A stretch of DNA of 64,000 bases from contig CAJFCJ010000040.1 of NCBI GenBank assembly GCA_904063045.1, forward strand, positions 65,503 through 129,502, written 5' to 3'. Positions within the stretch are counted from its first letter, which is position 1. Each line of letters opens with the position of its first letter. This stretch comes from Dimorphilus gyrociliatus (Eukaryota; Animalia; Annelida). The position numbers and the translations under genes were made by a program. The notes below the pieces were generated by a model. That model worked only from the letters and a program-made list of their open reading frames with translations. It did no database searches and was not told where the DNA came from. Positions 39,016 through 52,185 of this stretch are shown here, one piece after another.

Positions 39016-39044
39016 GTGTATGTGGATTTTCTTTTAAACTGGAA

Positions 39045-42000
39045 ATGAGAAGTCATAAATTGATGATTTATTTTCTTTTGATTATTACATTGTTTTCTTG
39101 TTTTTATTACAACATTTATTCAAACGGACTGAATTCAGTAAGAGTTACTCAATTTGGGTAATGGAGATTTATCTCGGTTCATTTGACAAGTGACTATCTG
39201 ATTAAGGGTTAGGTAACCTCTTCATCCGTAACACTTATTCATTCTTTATAGATTTTCTTTAGTTGTTAGAGATGGTCAACTGTTTAGGTGAACTTGGATT
39301 ATTGCTCTATAATCTCTTGTTTTCTTAGCCGTCTCATTTCATCTCCTACCATTATTAACCTGTTTTTAAAAAGGTCATTATAACCTTGACATTAGATTAT
39401 TTTGCCATGTTTAACAAACAATGTTCAAAGATGTATTGCTATGGTATGCCTATTACGCTTAATGATGTAAAGATTACGAGTAATATGTCAACAACCTATG
39501 CAAGACAATTACTGAGTCTTGTCTGCAACAATATGAATTATGAAAAATATAATGTCAATGCTTACAGCAATAAAGATTTTAGTAAATAAAAACCTGTATT
39601 ATGTAATGCTTGTAAATATAAAAATGATATATTTATTTTTATTAGGCGCCAAAAAAGCTCAAATTATATTTTATAAGGAAGAGGAACACGAACTCCATTA
39701 CATACATCAGCTTACTAATCTTAATTTTCTTTTCTACATTAAATGCAGTTTATTGAATGCAACATGTGATTTTTTTCTTTTTTTGCTTATTCAAGCAACT
39801 TTTTAGAAAGTTTTGAATTTTTCTTTTTCAAGATTATTACACTTTTATTGAAGATGATGGAGCTACATCAGATGTTGTTGTTCCTATTTATGGAAGATTC
39901 AATGATATTTCAAAACCTTATTGTCTTTTTCGTAACAAATCAGTAAAGCATTGCAGTAATATTGTAAAATTTTCAAAACGGTTCATTCGTAATGAAGATA
40001 ATATGGACATTATTGATTTTAACTGGACAACAACACCAGAATGTTTAACTAACTTTTGCCAAATTTCTAATAATCCTACTATCAAATGGCTAAAAAAATT
40101 TCCTAGTTTTGATGGTCTTGTACCATTTACTAAACCAAATGATATTGATATGCTTATTCTACAAACATTCATGGGAAGACTACAAGTTGAGTATGATGGC
40201 TATTGGTATAATGTTTCTGGTTTTGATATTGATGCTAATGAAGTAAGGGTTATATGCCAATATTTCAATTTTAACAGTGGAACAATCAATCGACAAAGTA
40301 AAAATAGAATGAGTGATAGTTTTATCTTTTCACTTGACTGTTTAAGAAATGTCACAAATCTAAATCTATGTAATGTTACTAATTTTATGAAATTGTGGTT
40401 AGATGAAATTACTGGATTAGATATTGTTTGTTCTAAACAATTCATTCAATGTGATAATGATGATAATAGTCCTAACTCAAAAATTGGAAATTATTTAAAT
40501 AGTTGCTATTATTTATATAAAGTTAATGCAACTTTGTCACATAATCAAGGAAAATCCTTTTGTAATGTTAAGGGTAAAAATCTTATTGGAGTGTCTTCTC
40601 AAGACGAAGCTAGATTTATTGAAAATGCTTTAATATCTCTTCATTTTCGTAATTCTTCTGAGATGTCGATAAAAAAATTAATGGCTTTTAGTAATCAGTG
40701 GAAAATTCCAAATGGTTTGAAAAGAGAAAAACAAACAAACAAACTTTTTCATATTTTTTTAATTCTTCTAAGGTTTTCTACCTAATAAGAAACATATGGA
40801 AATATGATAACATCAGTCATCATTTTGCTGGTTTGTGGGGCATGAAATTTTGACAAAATTCAATGTAAACACAATTGACAAACAAACAAAAATCATTTTT
40901 TATTAAACATTTAAAACTAATCTTTGACAGGTGCATTTTGGAGCCTAATGAACCAAAACCTGAATTTTATAAAGAACCTTGCACTTATCTAAGGAAATAT
41001 GAAGAATTTGCCAACTATAACCAGTTGATATCGATACCTTGCGAACAAGAGATGTTTGATTATATTGTATGCGAAGAGAAAACTGGTAAACTGTACGGGA
41101 GTGTGCGAGAAAATGTATCAAGAACGTTTTTAATCTCTTGGTACATTTTCTCCCTATCCTATGTTAAAGAACTGAACAATACATCCAAAAAGCCTACTTG
41201 ATGCAAAAAAATAGATTTTTTAGATTTGAAAAGACTTAGAAGAGAAAATTTACGATTTATGACAAAACAACTCACAAAATTCAACAGCCATATAAAATAC
41301 ATCAATGATCCTAAAGTATTTTTTTGTAAAAGTTCCAATGAATTTATATCTTCATTGTTTAAATGTGATGGTCAAAAGGATTGTTTTGATGGTAGTGATG
41401 AAAAAAATTGTTCAACTGAACTTTCACTATTCAAATGCAATAATGGAACAAAAGCAATTAGTTTAAGTTTTCTGTGCAATTTCATCAACGATTGTTCAGA
41501 CAAAACTGATGAAATTCATTGTGGTAAAAAGAAAATGTTTTCTTTTTTAAAAGAAAGATTATTGTTCAAAATTTTTTTTTTTTAGATTTTCCATCATGCC
41601 CTTCCAAGTAAGAGAGAGAGGAGATTTTTGACTGATTCATTTAAAGTGGCTATATTAAAGGTTAACAAGATGTTAGCCTAGCCAGATTTTAATAAATTAG
41701 TACAAAAATCTACACACATTCATACATACACAAACGCAACAGCTATACATTTAATTTTCTCAATAGTTACAAAGCATGTAATAATCAACAGTGTATACCA
41801 GAGAAACAATTTTGCAACATGAAACATGATTGTTCAGATCACAGTGATGAGATAAATTGTTTTACAAAACTGCAATTTTATAGTAAAAAGAGTAAGAATA
41901 TTTATTCTACAAAGCAACATATGTAAAAAATTCCTTTTCCTTTTAACTCTAGACCTTCAAATTCACTATTGTAACTTCAAGTTCATTTCTTATAAAAAAG

Positions 42001-42290
42001 TTTGTGACTTTAAAATTGATTGTTTTGATGAGGATTTAAAGTTGTGCTATTGTAAGTAGATTTTCTTTGCTTAAAAAATGGCTAGGGTTAGAAATTGTAC
42101 ATTCAAAAATTATTTTCTTACTAGCCAATGATCAACAATCAGAGTGGTTTAAATCCAACTGCCGCACACTATACACTTTTACTATTTTGTCTAATTTTAA
42201 ACTAGAAAAAATATATTGGAAATGATCCATTTGTTGGCAATGCTAAAACCATGAATGTCTATTACGATTGTTCAAAAGGTACTATTAATT
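39045..42290 (+). CDS. Signal / SRCR-like / CTL-like / LDLa protein (ectodomain of a third GRL101-like receptor); 3' part missing or degraded
   Basis: MRSHKLMIYFLLIITLFSCF signal; GRLQVEYDGYW...EVRVICQYF...LDC (SRCR); CYYLYK...FCNVKGKNLIGV (CTL); CDGQKDCFDGSDEKNC (LDLa). Confidence 0.75.
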
Positions 42291-42639
42291 TTTTTTTTGT
42301 TAAATGAACAAACAAACTTTCATATATAGAGTTTAAAAAACATTGAGTTAATTTGCAAAACATAAACTAGCATTAGCATCAACTATAATGAAATATTAGA
42401 AATCAAGAAATGACTCTTAAAGAGATATTAGAGGTGTTAGGAGAAATTTTGTTTAAAAGCTAAAGGGATCATTTCTTCACAATGAATTGTAATAACAAAA
42501 CAAATTATACCATTGCCTTCTTCCTAAAATATTCACATAAAAGAAAAATACTTATGACTTGTCTGGACTTGGAGGTCAGTTACTTCAGTTTAGTTCCATT
42601 ACTGATTGAACATTGCTAAAAAATTGGACTACAATTCTT

Positions 42640-43010
42640 TTGTCTATGATACAACTGTAATTTTTCTTATAGCTGATGAATGTATGTGTACATAAGCATA
42701 ATTTCTAATTTTCACTCTTATAATAAAGGCTGTGTGTCTACATTTTATCATAAATGGCAGTGCTAAAGAACTTTGAATGGATTTGAAGCATTCAATCACT
42801 ATGAATAGTGGAATAAATGTTGAAAATAGCAGGGAAAATGATAAGGTTGTTTCCAAGATTGAGCAGGAAGTACTCTCTCTCCAATATTCTTCTTCGAAAA
42901 TGTAGCTCTCACCTGAAAAGTGTCCATTTATTAGGGCCGTTATCAATACAAATACTGCTGTTAGAAAATCTCCAATATTCAATCTTAATCTAAACAGTTT
43001 ACAAAAACTG
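42640..43010 (-). pseudogene. GRL101-like 7TM fragment (TM2-TM4)
   Basis: NIGDFLTAVF...EEEYWRESTSCSILETTLSFS...IECF parallels TM2-TM3 of genes 1 and 2. Confidence 0.8.
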
Positions 43011-43134
43011 CTAGTTTTGGTTTACAATTGATTGTTTCATTCAATAAAATTTTAAAAACATTTTGGAAATTTTATAATTTTGAACAATTTAAAAAATTGA
43101 AACTTTTTCTTTTCTAAATTTTGAATTTTTGTTG

Positions 43135-43323
43135 ATAAAAAATCCAATTTCAATTTCTAACCCTAACCCAGCCCTTGGCTGTACCTAACCTTTTTCATTA
43201 CCCCTAATCCTTAAAGGAGACCCTCCTAAGTACAAATCAGTTGCTGTCTTTTTCTTACTAACCATTTCTCAATTGAAAATCTTGTCTTGAAATTTATTAT
43301 TTGTGGACATTTTCTGTGGACCC
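43135..43323 (+). mobile_element. MITE, 5'-degenerate
   Basis: CCCTAA interior and right end GTGGACATTTTCTGTGGACCC. Confidence 0.75.
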
Positions 43324-43599
43324 CTTTTTTATTGCAGTCTGTAGTTGTAACTAAATATTTGGTACAATCTGAAAGTATTACACATTTTGCTCTATTTTTA
43401 AAATGGCCTAACTAATAATATTGATACTTTCCAAATATATTACTTAATCTGTAAACTTTCATTGTGAAAATTTTCACTTGGTTCTGTCAAGCCATTACAA
43501 AATTATTTTGGCTCAACAAGTCATGTCTACATATTCCAATCAGCAAAAAATTATTGCATTCTTAGTCCATGAGGAGGCCTCTGCAAAGAATATTCACAC

Positions 43600-44330
43600 T
43601 ATGATGCTTCATGGCAGAGAAACTGCTGGATGAATGGGAAAAATCCTTCACTGGGGAACTGGAAGACTGAGTAGCAGAAACCAGAAGAAACATAAAAAAG
43701 TATCTGACAATGGTCAAGAATGATTACTCACCTAAAGTTGACAACCCACAAGGAATGGGCTTGGGTGATGAAATAAGAAAGGCAGATGTCAAAGCAGATA
43801 TAAAAAACATATACATAGGAGCAGAGGGAAGCATGCCTGGGAATAATTGTTCAAGAAGAAGCAGCAGCTGCTCCCTCAGGGAAGAGGAAAGAAATATGTA
43901 TGGAAGAGCAAATGAAAGAGATGATGCAGAAATGGTAGAAAAGCAGGAAGAGAATGAATGAAAGAAAAACGTTATGCCAAAATGTGATGACAAGCAAAGA
44001 AACAGCTCACTTTGAAGTCAGACAAATGAAAAAAGAGAACCTGCTGAGGCAAGAGCTGGAAGCTAGCCAGGAAGCAGCACTGGAAGAAAGAGACCATCAA
44101 TTGACTATGTTGATGAAAGCTACCATAAATAGTAGGTTAGAAAGCATAAAGGCACAGATGGAAAACAAACTAAAAGGCCCTGATGGTCAGAAGGTACGAT
44201 AGAAGATAAAGTATGATCCCAAACACTCCAAAAATGGTAACCTTGTAGAGATCCAGGATACCAGAGCCGATATGACAATCATCACTAAGAAGGCAGATAG
44301 AAGGATCCACACAAGACTCATAGAGACGAG
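43600..44330 (+). mobile_element. Gag / aspartic-protease remnant of another LTR retrotransposon
   Basis: Coiled-coil-like ORFs followed by VEIQDTRADMTII, a decayed DTGA protease motif. Confidence 0.5.
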
Positions 44331-45375
44331 TTTTCCAGCTCAAAAAGATAAATTAATCCTACATTCTTTTACAAGCAAATTTTCAAGTTCTTTTGTCAGT
44401 CAATTTAGGTTCAATGTTCAAGTTTTTTTGACTTTAGAACAATTTATCAGTAAATTCTTTAGCATCAAATTTTGTTCTTCATTCAAATCACAATTTCTAA
44501 TACAGACATTCTTTAGAGTATTGAATGATCTTTCAAGCCCCTTACAAATATGATAAAAACCATTTCTAGTTTAGAACAATTTCCCATAAGATTTCCTAAA
44601 TGTTTACCATGTTCTTCACTTAAATCACACTGTTATAACTCAAGATCTCTTAAATTATTTCATGATTTTTTGAGTCCTTGACAAATTTCAAAAAATCCAT
44701 TTCCCATGTTTGTATTGTCAGATAAAATTATTGTTTCAATTTTAGAACAACTCTTCAAAAAAATTCCTATCATTCTACTTTCTGTCTCATTTAAATTACA
44801 CAGTTGGAGATCAAGATTTTTTAAATTATTTGATGAATTTTCAAGGTATTGCAAAATATGGAACAATCCATTTCCCATGTCACCATTTTCAGATATATCT
44901 AAAGTTTGGGACAGGTCGAAAACAGCCATAAATGAAATATTTGAAAGTTAGATTTCAGCCTGGGAAATGGTTAGGAGGAATAAGATAACTGTTGATATGT
45001 TCTTAGGAGGGTCCCATCTAAGGGTTAGGGCTATTCAAAAAGGTTAGGCAAAAACAAGGACTGGGTTAGGGTTAGGATAAAACCATAGATTTATAGCCGT
45101 TTTCTGCCACATCCCTAAAGTTTCTAGTTTAGAGCAATTTTCAAGTAATTTTTCTATTTCTCTGCATTGTCCTTCTGGTAAAAATCACAATGGTAAAAAT
45201 AAAGATGTTTTAAAGCATCAGACAACGATTGCAGTGCAAGACAAATATAAGAAAAACTATTTCATATTTTACTACTGTCAGATAGATTGATCACTTCTAT
45301 TTTGGAGCAATTCTTAATAAGATTTTCTAAATAATTACATTGCTTTTCATTTAAATCACAAAATGACAAATCAAG
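44330..45375 (-). pseudogene. RNI-like LRR pseudogene, paralog of 9803-11092
   Basis: LDISENGDMGNGL...LKNLDLQLCNL...IILSDNTNMGNGFFEICQGL; in-frame stops and a MITE inserted in the coding sequence. Confidence 0.85.
44908..45115 (-). mobile_element. MITE with perfect 8-bp TSD
   Basis: GGG...CCC ends with TAAAGTTT on both sides (44900-44907 and 45116-45123). Confidence 0.9.
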
Positions 45376-45379
45376 AGTC

Positions 45380-46075
45380 TTTAGTAGGTCTCGCAATGAT
45401 GGGAAGAATAGAGTGGCACAAGGCTGTGAAATGTGAGATTGAGATTAAGGGAAGACACTAAAAAGCATTGGAGTACCCAGAGATCACTATGATAAACCAG
45501 AAAACCATCACAGAAGCAGAAAAAACGAGATGGCTATATCTAAAAGACATCCCTATCGCAGAACTGAGAAATCAACAAGTAGACTTGTTGATAGGGTGTG
45601 ACATGATAGCACCCAGGACAATACTGGAAGGAGATGTGGACAAGCTGACTGCTATGCTTTCTAAGTTAGGATGATCAATAACAGGATGAAGGAAAGAAAA
45701 GCTGCAGCAGGTAAGGATATCATTGGTATTAAAAGGAAAAAGCTCAAAAAAACAAAAACTAACTTTAAAAGACAAAAGATGGGTAGATGAATTGTGAGAA
45801 ACAATAACTTTTAAGGACAAAAAGGTGTATACACCTATCCTGTTTAATGGCGAAAAGGAGCTAGAATGCAATAGATATATGGCATATAAGAGATTAGAGG
45901 GCCTACAGAAAATGTTTACAAGATATGTGCAGTACAAGAGACAGTATAATGAAGGCATTATGGATTACTTGGACAAGGACTACACAAAAAGAAAAGAAGA
46001 AATAGAGACAATAAAATGATTCATACCACATCATAGCCTAGCAAACCTGAAAAAGAAAGGGTTACACATAGTTTA
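45380..46075 (+). mobile_element. BEL/Pao LTR retrotransposon pol remnant
   Basis: W.YLKDIPI...VDLLIGCD...SKLG and AYKRL...Y...IMDYLDKDY...FIPHH...IVYD follow the BEL/Pao protease-to-RT pattern. Confidence 0.75.
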
Positions 46076-46299
46076 TGATTGGATGGCAAAATAACACAAT
46101 AATGGTTCAATACTATTTATATATTACAGAATATAGTGGACAAATGTATGTGTACAGCATCAGTATTGAATAGTCTTGTTTTCAATTACAAAACATTTAT
46201 TGAAATTTTACATTACTAATATCTTCTTTTCATTTAAATAAATATTTTACTTTTTCCAGGTTATTCTGTTAACACTAAACAACTGGAGATTAGAATGTT

Positions 46300-46690
46300 A
46301 ATTAATTCTTTTAATTAGATAGTTGTTTATCTTTAAAGGTTTCAAAATATCATTTACATCAAGCAAACAACAAGAATTTTTATTTCTTTGTACAACACTT
46401 CCTTTCAACAAATTATTGTCAACTTCAATAGATGCCATTTCATTATTCAAATTATTATCTCTAATTTGAACTGCTTAATAGAATTTATATTGTTTCTTGC
46501 CAATATCACCAATCAGTCCACCCATTTCATTGTAATCTTTAGGCTCAACTCTCAAACCAACATCCAAATGCATTTCACCTAAAAAGTGATTAGATTTTTC
46601 AACAGCAACTGCAGTTGATGACTTTAATTCAGTGGAAACAATCTTTTGGCCATTTACAATTTCACACTTCACTTGATTAGTCTGCACAGT
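46300..46690 (-). pseudogene. 3' half of a paralog of the 49850-51450 gene, joined to a solo LTR
   Basis: QTNQVKCEIVNGQKIVSTELKS...EKSNHFLGEMHLDVG...GLIGDIG aligns with ORF 50947-51450. Confidence 0.9.
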
Positions 46691-47321
46691 TGTACTTTGT
46701 TGTATTGTAATTGTAGGAATTTCTGGTTTGTCATAACTGTAATCATCCTTTCCAATCATTTACCAACTTGCCAAAGTACTGGTCCAAATAGAACCTTTAA
46801 AGTTCGTCCACAAATAGTCCAACAAAGGCAATTTTGGTAGGAATTAATTAATAAAACACCAGTATTTCGTCCAAAGAATATGTATTGAGTAAAATGAGCT
46901 TCTAGTTCTAAACAAGCTAGTTTAAACAACTAGCTGACGGTTAGAAAAGTGAACTGTCAACTGTTAATTTTGTAGGGTTTATATACTCTTTTAAGGGTTG
47001 ATAGTTCACAAATTTCAATGTTCACAAAAACAAAAGTAACATTTTAAGACAAAGAAAAGTTCTAAATATGGTCATGTTTTTATTGTTTTCCTCTTCTAAA
47101 TAATAGTTGAATTTCGAGGGTTGGAGAGTTGCATAAGACATAACAATTTTAGTAGGACAAGTCCAACAATCAAGAAAACATGTAGATTGTATATTTGACC
47201 ATTTTTATATTCTACCTTAATAATGATATTTAATTGATTGAGTTAGTAAATTTAGCATCAGCATATAAGGATGAAGTATATCTGATTAATGCATGTTAAG
47301 AAGAACAGTATTGTGTATACA
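46691..47321 (-). mobile_element. Solo LTR type B (631 bp)
   Basis: TGTATACAC...AAAGTACA, nearly identical to 57556-58186; the flanks (ACAGT/ATTGT) do not form a clean TSD. Confidence 0.95.
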
Positions 47322-47979
47322 ATTGTACAAGTCTTTATGATTTCTATTAACACCTCTGCTACCAGTGTGCCTGCTTATAAGTGTTTTCTCACCAAAAGGT
47401 CTTGTGACAATTTTTCAAAAACATCTACTTAAACTCTTTCATTGGTATTTTTAAAGAGGTTAAGAATATTTTCAAATACATTTGTATAGGTCTATGGAGA
47501 TCTTTTTGAATTAACAGATCAGATTGTTAAGGTTAATATAGAATCTAAACAGAACATTATATACTAAACATTCCGTTCACATTACATGATATGAGTGAAT
47601 GTGTGTTAATGTGCGAGCGTCAGTGTCTGAGCGTCACTTAAGAAGGGAGTTTGACTTAGCCCAGAGTTGGGACAGTCCAACATGAACATGGCATGAATGT
47701 GGCAATACAGATGAGCACAGTCAAACACCCAATTAAGTGACACTAACAAAGTATAAAAGGGAGTGAATGTAATAAAATGGTGTGAGAGACCAAAAGAATA
47801 TCAAATAAAATTTATACGAAATTCTTAGGAATTTTGTGTTATAAGCGAAGAACAAAATCTTATAAAGAATCTATGGTAGTGGGCTAGTTGTGTTGTATCT
47901 CTTTAGACACATTTAAAAAATTTTTCATTCAACTGTAAAATATTATTTACTTGGATATTTTTGAAATAGTTTTTGTTGA

Positions 47980-48142
47980 TAAAGACAGGCATATGTGAAA
48001 TATTTCAAGGCTAGATTTCAGCGTGGGAAAATGTCTATGAAAAATATTAAAACTATTGATAAATACTAGGTTGGGTTCTATCAAACATTAAGTTTATTCA
48101 AATAGGTTAGGTAAAAAAATATGATTAGATTAAGGTTAAGGT
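47980..48142 (-). mobile_element. Degenerate MITE
   Basis: GCTAGATTTCAGCGTGGGAAAATG...GGTTAGG parallels 44908-45115. Confidence 0.6.
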
Positions 48143-49849
48143 AAAATTATTAACTTATCAAAATTTTCTACCACATGTAAAGTCTTTGCTACACTAAAAT
48201 TCTTCTTGTCATTTTCTTTTCTAATTTTTGAAAGTAGGGTTATAGTGAACAAATTTTTTAGATATTTTGAAAGATGCCTATGATACCCAGTTTGTAAGTA
48301 GTGATAGATGTGTCTGAATGTAAAAATTGTAATGTTACATGAATGCTGTACAAATGCTACTTCCAAATAACTTCTGTTGGATATAATATTTAGTGGACAA
48401 AATATGAACAATATTTGTTAGATATAAGGTTGGGTCAAATTATTTCAAACTTTGTGCTTTTCTTATTAAAACAACTCAACTAATGTCATTGATACTCTCC
48501 AATACTCTTAGTAAATAAAAAAACTTTTATTGTGTAAACACTGTTGAAAATTCATTGCTTTTTTAGTGATTGAGAAAGTTTTTCTAAGTTCTTTTACAGA
48601 TGATCAAAAAGCTATTTTTGGATGACATTTTGAGTGAATGTTTCATAAGAAGGTAGGTATATGTTATAAAAAGGAAAGAAAAAATTTTGATGACTTGCAA
48701 GATGTGGTTGTCCAAAGACAGTTGTAAAATTTCAAAACTGAGAAGAAATAAATAGCCCCAAAAGTAGAGATCAGACTATTTTACAGAGAGCAATCTTCAA
48801 AAAATTTGTTATGTAGCTATTGGATAAATGACAAAAGAACTCAGATAGGGAAAGATTTGTGCTAAATGGATCCACTATGACCTTAATCAGTACTGAAATG
48901 ATTTAAGTGTGAACTCCTTCAGATATACACAGCAGAAGGGAAAGAATTTTTAGAAAAAATGTCACTAGAGTCAATGTGTAGGTACATCTCTATGAAAATA
49001 GGCCTTCTCTGGAAAATGAGTCATATTTCTATATTAACGAAGGCATTTCTAACAATTTCCAGAAATTTCTGATATTTTGTTTTTTTAAAATTCCTATTAA
49101 ACTTTTACTTTAACATCAACTCTGATACTATTCTAACTGTCTTATTACCGTTTGAATCAATTGGTATAAATATTTGTTTTAATCTTAAGCCTATAATGAA
49201 AAATCATAATAAAAAAATGTTTTTGACTGTGTTAAACACAAGGAGTTTTTAGATTTTAAAGTTTCCCAGGCTAAATTTTATTTTTATCAATGTCCTTTGT
49301 CTATTTTATCAATTACCATACAACATAAAATTTCTACAATTACAATATAACAAAGTACACCTCTTCTTATTCAATAAGCCTATAGACATGAGTCCATGCA
49401 AAAATTGAGAGAAATTATTCACCCTCTTTTAAAATGTCTGAAATGTTGCCAAAATGAAAAGAAGTGTAAAGAATATTTTCTCTTTTGTTGTCTGACATTC
49501 CCAACCAAAAATTTTTACCTCCATTGTAAAGCTGATAGTGAATGATTTCTTTATTGCTCCCACCAGCTTTAAGCGTTCAATACAAAACACTATTAAAATA
49601 TATAGAAGAAGAAAAATATTTTGCTGAATAATAAAATACTACTAGTCCTACATTTTTAGGTTAAATACTATGTTTAATAAAATAGCCTGATCTGTTTATT
49701 CAAATTATTCATGAGAAATATTTGACAATTTCTTTGGTTTTTTGTAAAAATATAGAAATATTTCAAAGACTGTTTTATTTAAATTGTCTCCTCATCTATT
49801 GTTAAAAAATCCTTAAAAGCACCCAACTTTTTTTAGTTATCCAAAAATC

Positions 49850-51450
49850 ATGAAGGCGTTTACAATACATAACTTTGCTCTTCTTTTTCTGAGTTTTGGT
49901 TGTATGATTTTTAGATTATTTTTAATATCAAAGCAAATTAATATATTTTTATTTATTTACAGTAATTACAGTTCATTCAGACAGTTTTAGTCTGAAAGTT
50001 GAATCTCCAGCTCAAATTTTGGAAGATAGTAGTAGTTACAACCTTTATTTCCAACAAATCACTGGAACTCCTACTTGCAGGTATCTTTTACATTAACATT
50101 CAAATCAGGAATCTATCAATTTAATTTGTTTTACAGCTATACACTTACAAAACCAGATGGAACCATTTTACTACAATCCTCAAAATCAGTAAATTCTGCA
50201 CTTGTATATGAAAATTTCCAAGGCAGTTTGTTTTCAGGAACAACTGAGAATTATGTACTGACCTACACTTATTCATGTACCAGTGGAGGGACTACACTTG
50301 AATTTGAAGTTAGAGGATATGTTTATTCACGTGAACGTATGTATTATCAATATTCATTTTCAAGTCCATTTGTGATGTTTTTGATGTTTCATTAGAATAT
50401 GGTAGTGGTAATCTACCTATGGGCTATGGTATTGAAATTGAGATGTCAACTGAGCAAACTTCACCAATTAGAGTCAGAATTCAAGGTGGTAGTGGTGGTG
50501 GCTCATGCAGGTAATTAGTACAATGACAGTCAAATTTTGCAACATCAATTAATGTCTACTTTTGTCTACTTTAGCATAACTCGACCAGACACTTCTATAG
50601 CTACAGTAGATAATGTTGGACCACTTTCAATTGGGCAAGATTCATTGGATATTACAGTTACTAAAACTGGTTCCCAAGAGTCCTTTTTCATAGCTGCAAG
50701 TTGCATATCAAATGGAAAAACATTCCAAAATGAAATTCCAGTTTACTTTTCACCCAATGCTCCTTCACCATGGGCATCTGCAACTGGAGATCCACACTTT
50801 GCACAAAATGTTGTTGACAAATCAACTATGTCTACTAAACAAATATGTTATGATGTAACTGGGAAAATGGGAGATTATATATATATATTGCTGGATTTTC
50901 TCACAGTAGAATAAAGATTTTTGGCCAACTGAAAGATGATTACTATATGCATAAAATTGTCATTCAATCTCCATCTGCCAACATCACAGTATCATTAAAG
51001 GATATTCATCTTGGCCAAAAAGATACCATTCAATGGAATGAAAACTCAAAGCAAATGACTTTGCAAACTAATCAATTGAAATGTGAAATTGTAAATGGGA
51101 AAAAGATTATTTTCACTGAATTAAAGTCATTAAATGCAATTGCTGTTGAGAAATCTAAGCATTTTTTAGGGGAAATGCACCTGGATGTAGGCTTTAGGCT
51201 TATGCCTGAAGATTACAATGAAATGAGTGGACTAATTGGAGATATTGGCCAGAAAAAATTTAAATTCTTCACAGCAGTTCAAATTGGAGAAGATAGTTTA
51301 AACAATGAAATGGTTTCTATTCAAGTTGACAACAAATTTTTGAGAGGAAGTGTTGTACAAAGAAATAAAAAGTCTTGTTGGTTGCTTGATGTAAATGACA
51401 TTTTGAAACCTTTGAAAACAACTGACTATCTTTTCAAAAGAATTGATTAA
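49850..51450 (+). CDS. Secreted protein with two beta-rich modules, a GDPH motif and an ITI-heavy-chain-C-like domain; one frameshift near 50905
   Basis: Signal MKAFTIHNFALLFLSF|VITVHS across an in-phase intron; introns 50081-50136 and others restore the frame; ATGDPHF...ICYDVTG...GQLKDDYY...GLIG. Confidence 0.75.
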
Positions 51451-51744
51451 CATTCAAATTAAATATAATATTTACAATTTATATTTTACGATTTACAGAA
51501 GGTAAACCAAACTATTGAGTTAAGTAATACTGTTTCCTAAATTTTGTATATGACATTTGCCTAATGAAAAACAATCTATAATGTAAACAATATATTTTAT
51601 GGAATGTATGAAGGCATAAATACAGACTAACTTTTTGAATTGGACATGAAATAATCTTACAAAAAACAATAATGTATTCTTAATAATTCATATATTTAAA
51701 AGAATGATAACATTATGTAAGTGGATACAACATAAAACATCCCT

Positions 51745-51865
51745 AAATGCATAGTCTAACCCTAACCCTAACTAAGTCCTTGTCACTCCTGAACATTTTT
51801 GATTACCCTGACCCTTAGATGGAACCCCCCTAACTACAAATCAAAGTCTACTTCACTTGTCCTAT
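51745..51865 (+). mobile_element. MITE fragment with CCCTAA repeats
   Basis: AACCCTAACCCTAAC...TTAGATGGAACCCCCTAACTACAAATCAAAG matches 860-960. Confidence 0.8.
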
Positions 51866-52185
51866 GAAATTCCTACAATCCTGATACAACAAATTGCATT
51901 TTTAATGCAAGTTTACTATTAGATCCACTATAATAATGTACATTTTAATCCCATGTTTATAAAATACAGATTATGGCCCTCTAACCAGTACCCAAATTAG
52001 TGTTTGTCAGGAACCAGCATCTTACTAACACAAGAACAGAAACACCAAGTTGGAAATCAAACCATTAGAAACAGTTCTGTGAGTGGCCTAACCCATAACC
52101 CTAACCCAAACTAACCCTGAACCAAATTTCAAGATAATTGGAGCACTTTGAAATTTTTGATAATTTCAGTTGTTGACTCATAAAT

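Noticed and set aside
48136-49600. Coding-like stretches on the minus strand
   Set aside because: Heavily interrupted, and no family could be recognised.
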